Positions 12,546-24,380 of a stretch of DNA of 50,097 bases are shown here, piece by piece. A model generated the notes under the pieces. It was given only the letters and a program-made list of their open reading frames with translations. It was not told the DNA's origin and did no database searches. This stretch comes from Girardia tigrina (lineage: Eukaryota). The stretch is taken from NCBI GenBank assembly GCA_001938485.1, contig MQRK01193996.1, positions 1 through 50,097 of the forward strand, given 5' to 3'. The translations under genes were made by a program, and so were the position numbers. Every line of letters begins with the position of its first letter. The stretch's first letter is position 1.

Positions 12546-14753
12546 ATATGGTGCTTTATTACGTCTAAGCTACATTAAATTACAATAATATTTAAAAATT
12601 AAATTAATACAATTTACGCAAGACAAATAAAATTAGCGTGACTCAACAGAATAACTTTTCTTGATATTCCACTAATGATACGAAAATTGTTTAAATATTT
12701 AGTACTTATTATTTTCTACTCAATCAATAAACAGATGAGTCAAATCAAATTTTTCGCTAACAAATTTTTCGATTTTGCTTAGAAATGATAAGATATTCGC
12801 AGAATTTCGATTTTTTTTAGAAACTAATTATTATTTTATGCACATTTAATTTTATTTATTTATAGTCCAATGAAGAGCTGTGCACATAAATTTTTATTCT
12901 CTTCCTAGTTTCCTTATGTAAAATAAGATGATTTTTTCGATTTACAAAAAACTATATTATTCAAACCAATTAGATGATCCAATTAATCACATCTTATGTA
13001 CATGAAAAGGTTAAATATTCTTTCCAAAATTATTTTCTATTTATCTATTTATCCAAATAAATCAGAAATATAAATGCATAGTACATAAAATATTATTTCA
13101 TTTAAATTGTATCAAAATTTATAAAATTATTAATAATTTTTTTAAAGTCATTATTGATCAAATTTCTTTTAGAAAAAGAAAACAAAACAAAAATTCGTTA
13201 TTTTGTAACTAATAATTTTTGGAAAAATTTTCGATAAAATAACTATTAGGCGAGAAATTCTGGAAGATCTTTCCTTTGCAAATCTGATTAATGGGCATAA
13301 TAATTTATGTCATAGCTCAATAGAATTGATAAACAATTTTATTTCTATAGAAATAAATTTTCTAATTTGATTTTCCAAAAATTTAGCTCGTTCATCTCTC
13401 TTAACAATTGGCTTTTGAATTTATATAATTTCTAATGAATTTATTCGTCGGTATATTTTAAACAAAATTAAAAACTGAAAACCTTTTCATACACTGAAAT
13501 GACATTTATAAGGGTTAATGTTTTGAAGACTGGCCATAAATTTCTTATCAGATTGTAAATTAAAATGACTGACATCTAATAAATTTTTTCGTCTTAATAA
13601 TTAGTTTTACTTTTGCGAATATCGTTTTATAATTTTGTGACAAGATGCCGAGAAGTCAACAGAGCGCGAATTTTGAGCGCGAAATGACTTTGGAAGCCTT
13701 CCAGTTTACTTAATCAGAGAAATTGTTATTGTCTTACCTTTTTCTCGTGGATGTGTTCAAAATAAGTTTCCGATAATCATTACGCAAAAAAATTAATTGA
13801 AAAATAAAAGAAGTCCAGTAAACCGATTTCAAGTCTTACTAGTAAATCAAAAAAATATTTTTTAATTAAAATTTGTTGGCAAAGTAGAGTTCTGTCTGGT
13901 TAAAGAATGCATATAAAAATTTTTTTGCATTACTAGTTTGTCTGATTTACTATTAAATATTTAAGTAATTTTGGTTGATTTTATAATTAGGTGATTCTTT
14001 TGATATTGAATTAATAAACGGAATCGAAAGAGACAATTTAATTTGGATTTTGAATTTTGATCTGATTAGGTAATATGTAGAAGACAGTTTTATTTTGAAT
14101 TTCCTAGATGACCTATCAGAATGATTTTATTACAATATGGGCCCAGCTTATAGAATCATCCCATCTCTTAATATAATTCAGCGCTTCTGCTACAACCATG
14201 TGATCTTTGAGGCAACCTGAGGATGAAGCGGAACATATGGTTATTCATATTTACACCAGGTAGTCCAAAGTTAGAGCAAGACTTAATAATGCACGAATAA
14301 TTTCAAAGTTCCCAAAATTTAAGACTTCGATTTCTGTCAGATAACCGGGAATTCAGTATACAATAGTGCCAACAAAATATGAATGAAGATAAAGGAATTT
14401 TCTTGGTTGTCATGTAATACAGTAAGTCTTATGTTTATATAAACGTTTTTTTGTCTTAATGTAATGAATCTGTCCTCGAAGTTTTTTACAGTATTGTTAT
14501 GGGCTATTATAACTATCTCAAGGAAAGAATATTATTGAGTTACTCAAGTCTATATAGTATAAGTCTAAAATTGTATACGTTACAATAAAAAAATGACTTA
14601 AAGAAATTTTCATATATGGAATATCAGATTAAACTAACTGACCAATACAACATTGAAAAGTGTTGTTCTGAAATAGACTATATTAATCAAGAATTTGAGA
14701 GACAATTTTCAAATCTAAATCGTTTTAAAAATATTTTTGAATTTATTTACTTA

Positions 14754-16131
14754 TAGGCTGTGTCGTAAAAAACGGTGTTTTCTCTTAATCATCGAATAGC
14801 CTTGTTTTCTCTGATATGGACAGTATGCAATATATGCACTACAAACATTAAGCCTTAATGTTTAAACCTTAATGATTAAGGTTATAAATAAATGAGTGTA
14901 AAAATGTTTAAGAAATTAATAACTTATTAATGTATTTTAAGAAACATATGTACAGTATATATATAAATACGTTTATATATTTTAATTTTTGTTTGTTCGT
15001 GTGAATGTTATATCCATATTTTTTGTGAAAAATGGAGTGCTCTTCTGAGAAATTATATTTCTTCTTTGAAACCCTTCGGCGAATTGGCATGAAAGGGACT
15101 GATATTCATTCAATAATGGAAAAGGCATGGCCATAGGATACTTTATCTCTTCGACGTGTGCAGACTATTCTCAAGGAATACAATGATGGCGAGCGAACTG
15201 CATTTGCGAGAACATCTGGTAGTGGAAGACCGAAAAGTGTTGAAAGAATACAAGGTATCAATGAAGTCGAAGAAAATCTACAAGAAAATTGTACAATAAA
15301 AAACGTGACCTTGCGGTAGACCTGTATATGTCAATGAAAATGGTGCATCGAAATTTAACGGAAGACCTTAACAGAAAAAGGATGCTGACACGCTGGATTC
15401 CGCATCCCATTTCGGAAGCGAACAAGGTAATCCGAATCGAGCGAATAACCGACATGCTGGAAGTACTCCAATCGAGACTAGTTATAAAGAATTTGGTGAC
15501 GATAGACGAGAAATGGTTCTTTGTCGACATCTTCCACCAAGAAACAAAATTAGGAGCTGGGTCGTACCAGGTGGTGATCAAATCCAGATAGCTCGAAGAG
15601 GTCCTATAGAGAAAAAGATTATGGCCATTGTCACAGTGAGTGTTCGTGGCCATCACTTCTTCAAGGTTCTGGATCGAAACCAAAGTGTTGATTCTAACTT
15701 CTATATCACTTTTCTCAATGAAATTGAAGCCATCTTTGCAAATTATATGTACTCCTATCCAATACGAATGCGGGACATGCATCTCATTTACGACAATGCG
15801 CGACAACATGCATCCCAAGCAACAACAACTTACTGGCAGGACATAGAAGTGAAGTTGCTGATGCAGCCGTCGTATTCATCAGACTTCAATCTAAGTGACC
15901 CTTACATCTTCCCACGTTTGGAAGCGCTTAGAAAAGACAAGAATAAAACAAAAGAAGAATTGGAGGAATTTCTTTTACACCCCTTGCCGACATTTCATGG
16001 AGAGAGGATGAAGGGCGCTATTGAACATATGTGCATAGACCTACGATCTATTCTGGAGAAAGGATGGATTATCTATAGTGTTTATATTAATACACGTATT
16101 TAATAATCGCCGTTTTTTATGACACAGCCTA
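14754..16131 (+). mobile_element. Full-length defective divergent mariner (DD34D)
   Basis: TIRs TAGGCTGTGTCGTAAAAAACGG / CCGTTTTTTATGACACAGCCTA with TA flanks. The transposase from 15032 has SGSGRP, WIPHPI, VTIDEKW, YDNARQH and YSSDFNLSD, with 34 residues between the second and third D. It contains stops and frameshifts. Confidence 0.92.
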
Positions 16132-16396
16132 TATTTTTTAGAGAATATTATATTGATGATATGTCATCTAATGTAGCGCATATTTTCCAATTAAATTCAA
16201 TAAACCAATCAGTTTTACCAATAATATCAAAAATAATTTTGAAATGAAAATTCGTTTAGGAAGTTAGTACCAGAAGAAAAATATTCATTATTAAGATCAG
16301 TAGTGTTAGATGTTTTTGGAACATCTTCCACGTTATCAATATTAGAAGCTAACATCAGTTTTTCAAGTTTTATTTATTTACAAAAAATGTATAATA

Positions 16397-16587
16397 CGCC
16401 CAACTCTTTTTTTGCACGGTAGAATGATGCTATGTTGCTGACTTGATCCATAAAAAAAATTTTTAGAAAAAACTCAAAACGAGGCGTAAAAAAAACGTGT
16501 TAGAAAAAAATTTCGCGGGAAAATATTTTTATGAACCGTGTTATTTCAAAAACGTGTAAAAAAAGTCGTGCAAAAAAGAGTTGGGTG
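16397..16587. mobile_element. 191-bp MITE with TA target duplication (pogo/Tigger-like)
   Basis: TA|CGCCCAACTCTTTTTTTGCACG ... CGTGCAAAAAAGAGTTGGGTG|TA. Confidence 0.85.
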
Positions 16588-18794
16588 TACATTTTATTTA
16601 AACAAATTTAATCAAAATTAAATCATTTATTTGTTTTTAATTTTGAGGAACTATTTATATCATAAATCTCAAACCGGTATAGTAAAAGTAAATATAGTAT
16701 TAATAATCCATTTGACTTTTTTAATTTCCAACGATTAAATAATTTCATTTTCTTTAATTAAATTTACGAAATTTTATCGTAGTTAATAAAACTTTATTTA
16801 GTTCTTGATTTATTTTTTAATTTTAAAATGATACTTTAAATTCAATTATTATTTCAAAAACTTTAAAAATATTTCCAAAAAAATTCCTAACAAGTAGCAT
16901 TGAGGATATTTTCATGTTTTGGTTCCAATTATATATATGAAACCGCATTTTCTCAAATGAATATAATCAAATCGTAATATTGAATTTGTCTGACCGATAA
17001 CCACTTGATGAAATTTATCAGACTGTGGTTCAGTCAATACAAACCTAACTTTACAAAACTTTGCGATGAAATGGAATGTGATGCGTTAACATCCAAAAAT
17101 TAATAACAATTACATTGTGTGATAATTAAGTTATTTTATAATGTTATGTTTTATTTTTTCTACAAGTTAAGCAATAAAGATTTTTGTCGATCACAGATCT
17201 TTTAAGTGTGCCAACCCCTGCTTTAGAAGAATAGGACATTTCATCTCGATAAAATTAAAAGTTTTTTATTGCTTCAAACATTTTTTTACAAATAAATTCA
17301 AAATGTAATTAAAACATAAAACATTATTAAAAATAAATAAAATGAATTTATTTTAATCAATTAATTTAAACAAAAAATGGAAATTATAAAGAACATTTAA
17401 CTTAATGAAAACGCTAAAACTTAATTGCTTTAATGAAATGATATTAAATTTTCTTCTAAATGACACCTTAAAAACCAATGTTGTATTTTTGACAGAAATG
17501 ATTAAAATTATGTCTAAAATTTGACTTTTTTCGTAGTATTAAAATGACGAAAACTAGCTCTAAATAAATTTAATTTCATTACTAGATTTATTCTTTAACA
17601 ATTCGTTAAAGTATGATGTATTCCTTTGGAAATAAAAATTATAATTTAAGAGAGTTTCATTAGGTCAAGAAATAAAAGAATGTTAGATGGTTGAAGAAAG
17701 TAAACAGGATCTAGTTTTGATTTATTCCTTTTTTTGGATTCTATCATTTATGTGTTATAATTGAAACTGAATAACATTTTCGGTAACATGATGTGTCAAA
17801 TGTTTAAGTGTCACATCTTATTTTCATTAATATAACATTTGGCAACAAATGTTGTCCTAAAACTTCCTAATAATTTCTTCTATTCAGTTTAAAATAATTA
17901 AAGCAGAAAGCAGCAGTTCTGAAACAAAATATTCCTTCAAAATAACTTAGGTTTAATAAATCTCTTCGACCCAAACTCAAGGTTGCCCCAAAGGCCGGAC
18001 GAAGGCAACGGTAGAGTATCAGTTCTTAGAGACTCGGACATTTTGAAATCGTGCTAGGCATCTTTTAATATTGACATTAATTGTTCGTTCATCGATTTGT
18101 AATTATTGTCTTATTATTATATATATTTCATAAAAATTTTAAATAATTAAAAGTTCATTAAGATCTCTTTATTGATTATTTATTCGTCAATAAAATCTTA
18201 AAATAAAGTTCGACTTATATAACTTCACACAACTAAACGTCTGTCTCAATCAACATAATTTCTACAATAAAAAGCTTAATTGTAAATGAAATATAAGTCG
18301 TGAACTCGATTCAAATCTCTAATAATTAAAATCGGTAACAACAAAACAAATCCTAAAATACGGAAAATTAATCGTAAATTTATTAATTGTACATCAGTGA
18401 AAATGAGGTGAAAAAATGTCTGGCGAAAGGCTCGCTCTGATTAGTTGATCAATCAGACTGAGAAATTTAATTCAATGCCTCATAAAAATCTGCACACAGT
18501 GGCTTCGATCAACAAATATTAATTAACTTGGTGAGTCATCGTTTAATATGATGATTCTTTGTTCGTTTTTAAAAACGAACAAAATTCAATTAAAAATATT
18601 TTTTGCCTGAATTTTTTTATTTTTAGTTTTATTTTATCTTTTTATTTCTTCAATTAATTAACATATTATTTATATTTTAAATATTCCAATAAATCTGTAT
18701 TGCAACGACTATTAAATACAACAAGTTTTCTATTTTCTTTTTGAATGATATTTATTCGGCGTTTAGAGACAGGTTCACCTCTTAAAATTCTTTT

Positions 18795-18850
18795 TCTGTC
18801 GGTGTTTTGGATTTCAATGTTTTGACTGTCAATATTTTGGGGTACACCCC
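18795..18850. repeat. Relic end of a MITE with ~15-bp subterminal repeats
   Basis: TGTCGGTGTTTTGG / TTTCAATGTTTTGA / TGTCAATATTTTGG then GGTACACCC; architecture is similar to the element at 20602-20747. Confidence 0.35.
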
Positions 18851-20601
18851 ATTATATATATTGCAATAATACAAATAAATATATCAACGATTGTCTGGCA
18901 AATATATCCGGAAAATGTCAATTTGAATCTTCTTTGCGCTAAGAGAGACAGATGTTTTCCAATATAAATAATTGTAAAGTTTTGAGGAGACGCGAACGAA
19001 TGAATAAAGTTACAAAAGAAAATATGATATTGTGTCTGACTGTGATCGAAGCTTATATAAAATAACCAACGAACACACTCTACTTTACAACTTTTGATAA
19101 TAAAAAAACAATTGATAAATGATAAAAAATAATAAACTAACTTTTATAAACTAAGTATATTAAATTAAGACAAACCAATAACAAAAGGATAAAACGAAGG
19201 GTTCTTGATATCACTAGAAAAAAAGAAACTGAGTCGATTAAAATAACCGATAATCACCTAATTACTTTGACGGTACAGTAAGAGTTTCGATATAGAATCA
19301 GACTTTGAGTTCTTCGGTCGCAATATTCACTTTCTTTAAAATACTGTAAATTTTGAGGGTTTGTTTTGAAGTTAAATAATCGTATAGAATTAGTCAGTAA
19401 GGTAGAATATAATCTGGTTAGACAGGAAATCGAACGATTGATCACTTTGGAATAATATCAGTAATTATGTCGTAAATTTGACGTACTGCCCAAATACGCG
19501 AATGAGATCAGGCAGACAAGGAGAAGCAATATTATAATACAAATAATAATTAATTTGTGATTGAAATCGTTGATTTCAATCTATTTAATTTTTAATTTTT
19601 TTTAATTATAAATTTTAATTTTCAATTAACAACGTTTACCGTTATGGAATTAACAATATAATATTAATATATTAAAACATATAATAATACATATACTAAT
19701 GTATATATGTTTATGAAGTAAATTGGTGTCAGGCAATGCACAATAATGATAACAAAATGTATAGAAAAGAATTTTTTTCGAAACAAATCTCATGAATTTT
19801 GTTTTATTTGTCTCTGTTGACCAAAACGTACCATCATCAAATTCTATAGTTGTATTTTTTTAAGTTTTGAACAAGAATGAATTATCTCATTATAATTTTA
19901 AGTCTTACTTAAAAGATTAGAAATATCTGATCTCATCTGAACAAAATGTTTTTAATAAAATAATTTTAATCATCAGGTGTAAAACAGAAAATACAACATT
20001 GGCTAATTTATAGGGTTTTTCGATCTCTTATTCAATCCTTGCAATCAGTTTTCCAAATTTAGGAATTAATTTTCCAATAATTTAATTTTAATATGTTTAA
20101 ATAATATAAAAAATAAAGGTAAACATTTACAAAACATATTTTTTATACAAAACTATTATTCAAGATTTAAAATCTATATGCATTTGTCATGATTTTTATA
20201 AAAGATTCATTTAATTTTTATTCGTGGGAGCAAACACAGAAATATATTTAATTATTACTGAAGGAACATCTACATAAAAATTATCTACAAGTAACCTTTC
20301 ATTTTTGACTGCCAAACCAAAATTATCTCAGAAAATTAGTTTGTGTAAAAATCGGTTCATCTCAGTAAAAAATGTTCAGAGACTGTACAGTGTGAATTAC
20401 GAGGATAAACCAACTTTTACTCTCCAATTTTTCACAGAGGCAAAAAAATCACTTAATGTAGGAAAAATATGTTGTTAACAACAATCAAACATAAATTGAT
20501 AAACAAAAATAAAAATAATAACCTCATGATATAATCAGACGCGAAATGATCAAAAAATGAATAATAATAATTATTGTTAATATGATGGATGTCAATAGAA
20601 T

Positions 20602-20747
20602 GGCATATCCCCATAACAGCGAATTACAAAACAACGAATTGCATAACAGCGAACTGTTTTGGGGAATTCGCTGTTTTGTAATTCGCTGTTTTGAGATTCG
20701 CTGTTATGTAATTCGCTGTTTTGTAATTCGCTGTTTTCGGGTATACC
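20602..20747. mobile_element. Foldback/MULE- or Merlin-like MITE built from 15-bp units
   Basis: Ends GGCATATCCC / GGGTATACC. Three inverted and five direct copies of AATTCGCTGTT(T/A)TG(T/A). A perfect 8-bp flanking duplication AATAGAAT. Confidence 0.88.
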
Positions 20748-22428
20748 AATAGAATTACAATTGTGAAGTATACTTCGAAGAGGAAAGTCACGTGAACCAA
20801 AAAATTTTCAGATATCCTTTGGCGAAAATTTGGTCTTTGTCAGTTGTCAGAAAATAATCCCGCCCTAATTTTCAATCAATATCAATATTGATTTCTTTTG
20901 TAATTATTTGCCCTTAGCAATTTGATAATAAATAATGTATAATTTAATTTTGGGAAATTAATTGAGGGAAATATAATTCACAGTTTCCTTTCTTTTTTTT
21001 TCTTTCGCTGACTTGATGACCTTCACTTTTATTTGACTTGACTAATTTGTCTTCTTGACACGTACTCAAAAAAGATAAAATACAAAAAAATTGCAACAGT
21101 TAAACGATACATATCGTTAAAAAATAAAAAAATCGGAAATGGGAGAAAATCACACTTCAGTTTGTAAGCACTATGAATAATCTCATATTCCCTGAATTTC
21201 TGAGCATGCCCATATATTTTTAAATAGTACTACCATTGTTTTGTGATACAAGAACTATTATGGTCTCTTTGAGTGTAATACAATTTTATGAGACAACAGT
21301 CAATGGTAAACATCTTTAACTTTACCACTCAATTCTTTCAGTCTTTTACCTTCAATAAGAGTGTATTTTTAATTTAATAATTCGACTTATTAACCGGAAT
21401 AAATAGTATATATATATATATAATTTTATTTAAATGTTAACTATTATTTTTAAAATAAATAAATATGTAATGCAAAAATTAGTAACAAATTTACATTATT
21501 TAAAATTTTAATTTTAATTTCTTTTTATAAATAATAACAAGCAAATAAAGTTTTTTATGAAAAAAATATATAAAAAATAATTAAAAAAATATTTGTCTCA
21601 TTAATTTCGACGATTATTTATTCAAAAATAATAATAATATTCTCATCAGTTATTTAGATATAAATAGTATATTTATTTATATTATGATATTTTATCAAGA
21701 TAATAATCGATTTTTATATGTATCTTGAACAAAAATTGATAATAATAGTAAAAAATATAACTTAAAAACAAAATGTATTGTTTCAAAAATTTAAAATTTT
21801 ATTTATATTTTATTTAATTAATACTTGTTAAATCCCTATATTAATATTGAACAAAATCTCAACAAAATACCATAATAAATTGTATTAATTTCCACTTAAG
21901 TAAATGTAAATTAAATCTAAAGAGGTTTTCAAGTAAAATTGAAATTAAAAATTAGAATTTACATTTTTTCTTCTTTTCCAAGGTAATTTTTTTGAAATTT
22001 TATAATTATAAAATTCTTATGGATAATATTTTATAACTCATTTAATTTTATTGATAATTTTAATTGGTAAAATAATTATTTTTCCAAAAAAATTAGTACA
22101 ATATTTTCCAAACAAAACCAAATTTGATTTACTTGAAAATATAAGTTATTTTTATTAACTTAAATTTAATATATTGAAAGAATTCCACGGAAGGAAAACC
22201 TGAGTTTGTTTAACCTGCCAGTCACATCAGTAGGGTAATGTGTAACATAAGTTTTTAAATGTGACAAACATGTTTTTCAATTGGAAATCTTTTAAAGTAA
22301 ATATTTAAATTAATTAGTTAAAATTTGTTGGAGCAAAATTTTTTTTAAATAATTTTTTTTGATTTTTCCAAAGTTATAAGAATCTTAATTATCTAATTTT
22401 AAAAATTTAACTAAATGAACAGTAAAAT

Positions 22429-22435
<7 letters not shown>

Positions 22436-22472
<37 letters not shown>
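22436..22472. repeat. (TA)n microsatellite abutting a PLE 3' end
   Basis: Direct observation. Similar (TA)n tracts occur near 5574-5665, 24791-24812, 28857-28876, 30342-30368, 31385-31420, 42054-42162 and 46063-46098. Confidence 0.95.
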
Positions 22473-22479
<7 letters not shown>

Positions 22480-22558
22480 AGTCTTGTGAACGCAAGTTTA
22501 TTATTTCGAAAATATAATTTGATTAAAGCTTTTTTTATATAATTATTGGACATGTTTC
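22473..22558 (-). mobile_element. Penelope-like element 3' end with the 3' half of a hammerhead (the rest is in the N gap)
   Basis: Near-identical to 31421-31474. Minus strand reads GAAACATGTC-CAAT...AAAGCTTTAATCAAATTATATTTTCGAAA...TTCACAAGACTCAATAA into (AT)n. Confidence 0.8.
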
Positions 22559-22877
22559 NNNNNNNNNNNNNNNNNNNNNNNNNNNNNNNNNNNNNNNNNN
22601 NNNNNNNNNNNNNNNNNNNNNNNNNNNNNNNNNNNNNNNNNNNNNNNNNNNNNNNNNNNNNNNNNNNNNNNNNNNNNNNNNNNNNNNNNNNNNNNNNNNN
22701 NNNNNNNNNNNNNNNNNNNNNNNNNNNNNNNNNNNNNNNNNNNNNNNNNNNNNNNNNNNNNNNNNNNNNNNNNNNNNNNNNNNNNNNNNNNNNNNNNNNN
22801 NNNNNNNNNNNNNNNNNNNNNNNNNNNNNNNNNNNNNNNNNNNNNNNNNNNNNNNNNNNNNNNNNNNNNNNNNNNNN

Positions 22878-23741
22878 NGGGCCTCCCATCTCTGTAATGG
22901 TATTGAGCCTAAGGCTCTTTAGAGGGTCCACCCAAACTAAAGTCCTTAAGGGCCCCCCGATAGGCCTCATACGGGGTCAGTGGCCTTCCGCCTCTGAACA
23001 GTCGGCTTGCCAGTAACGAACGACCAACCATGGGACTTGATACCATGGCCGTACATGCCGTTGGCCGTTACGGTGGATGCGTAACAACCGCGAAATGGGC
23101 ACTTTAATTGTCCTCTTGCAGTCTTGTAATCGGCTGGCAGTCGGTATTGTAGGTGCGTCTCTTCGGCATCGTCGTTCGGCTGTATCCTCGGTATACTCAC
23201 AGTTGCGTCCGGCAACTGAGGATTGGATTGGTTTGATGTCGGCTCTTCCTCGTTCTCTTCTTCCAAGTTTTCTTCTCTCTGGGCGTTGGATGTTGGTGAT
23301 GATTCATGATGATTCTTCTGAATATGAATCTTTAGAAAACCAGCGGTCTTGTTTTCCCTCGGACAGTGTTAACATTGATATTTTCCTTTCTTCTAAAGTG
23401 GCTGGGCTTTCTTATCTCTCTTCTTCCGCGGGATTTGCTCTACTCCTTCGTGATCTCTTCTGAGATGCATGTTTAACTCCTTCACTTCCGCATATTGTTT
23501 GTAACAGGCATCCATCGGGCAGCTGTGTTCTTTCAGACGAGGTAGCACCAGTCTTAGTGGATTTGGATTCTTTGGATTCTCTTCAGTCGGAATACTTTCT
23601 CGATCTTTCCATCCATCTTCAGTAAGTTTTCCTGCAGAACGTCTCTTTTAAATTCACCGAAACTGTACTCGGCTCCAAAGAGCCAGTGAGCATCCACTCT
23701 GAGACATTCTACCAAATGTTGCTTTCTCCGACCGCGAGTTT
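22878..23741 (-). mobile_element. N-terminal fragment of a probable RLE-type non-LTR retrotransposon (NeSL/R4/R2-like) with two C2H2 zinc fingers
   Basis: GC-richer block. Minus frames give LRLVLPRLKEHSCPMDACYKQYAEVKELNMHLRRDH (about 23449-23522) and LKCPFRGCYASTVTANGMYGHGIKSH (about 23030-23105), separated by a low-complexity acidic linker. No RT is visible, so the clade call is an inference. Confidence 0.6.
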
Positions 23742-24041
23742 TGTACGAGTTTTGATACCTGTGACAATTAAATTTATATACCAGATTAGCTTGCAAAACA
23801 CAAACTGTTTTCAATTTGTTTTAGAGGAAACCTTGAACTTTGGATGTGATAGAAAATACTTTAGCACTACTTATTGTTCTACAAATACAATTGAGTATTT
23901 GTAGAACAATAATTAGTGCTAAAGTAGTCTCTGTCACATCCAAAGTTCAAAGTTTCCTCTCAAACAAATCGAAAACAGTTTGTGTTTTGCAAGCTAATCT
24001 GGTATATAAATTTAATTGTCACGGGTGTCAAAACTCGAACA
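23742..24041. repeat. Long inverted repeat: 147-bp arms with a 6-nt loop (AATTGA, 23889-23894)
   Basis: The arms align ungapped with about 10 mismatches. Both encode the start of the PLE GIY-YIG domain in opposite orientations. Confidence 0.95.
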
Positions 24042-24380
24042 TCGGAGAGACAAATCGTCATCTCAAAACCAGGATTAGCGAGTACTCGCAAATGCGTCGA
24101 TCGAGTAAGGTTCTTGATCATTGGTTATGTTGTAAGGATAGAACTTCATCCATTTCAAAAGATGAGTTTTCTGTTCTACAAAAGGGTTTTGATTCACATT
24201 ACGAACGACAGTTTNNNNNNNNNNNNNNNNNNNNNNNNNNNNNNNNNNNNNNNNNNNNNNNNNNCAGTTTTGTGAATCTCTACTAATAAGACACTACAAC
24301 CCATCAATTAACATTCAGAATGGGCAAAGTAAGGTTATTTCAATACTTAAAATTTTTAATTAAAATATTCTTTTTGCCAT
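23895..24380 (+). mobile_element. Penelope-like element GIY-YIG endonuclease fragment
   Basis: LVYKFNCHGCQNSNIGETNRHLKTRISEY...VLDHWLCC...RQFCESLLIRHYNPSINIQ, matching the PLE VYxxxCxxCxxxYIGETxRxLxxRxxEH pattern. Confidence 0.92.

Larger units (their letters stand above)
14680..17220 (+). mobile_element. 3' part of a hAT (Charlie/SPIN-like) transposon, interrupted by younger insertions
   Basis: Collinear fragments NQEFERQFSNLNRFKNIFEF (to ~14750), KLVPEEKYSLLRSV (~16260-16305) and FSCFGSNYIYETAFSQM...LTDNHL...YKPNFTKLCDEMEC (16910-17080). TIR end AAGTGTGCCAACCCCTG is followed by CTTTAGAA (NNNTANNN-type target). Confidence 0.8.

Noticed and set aside
17961-18016. HDV-like ribozyme on the minus strand (GCC-TTCGTCC-GGC resembles P3/L3)
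   Set aside because: I could not build consistent P1 and P2 helices. Only a simple GTTGCC/GGCAAC stem is supported.
20610-20740. CRISPR-like repeat array
   Set aside because: Units are contiguous 15-mers without unique spacers, arranged as an inverted pair with a target duplication. There are no cas genes and the context is eukaryotic.
21595-21655. Hammerhead-like CTGATGA...GAAA on the minus strand
   Set aside because: No stem I pairing and a non-cleavable UG at the cleavage position. It is plausible by chance in AT-rich DNA.
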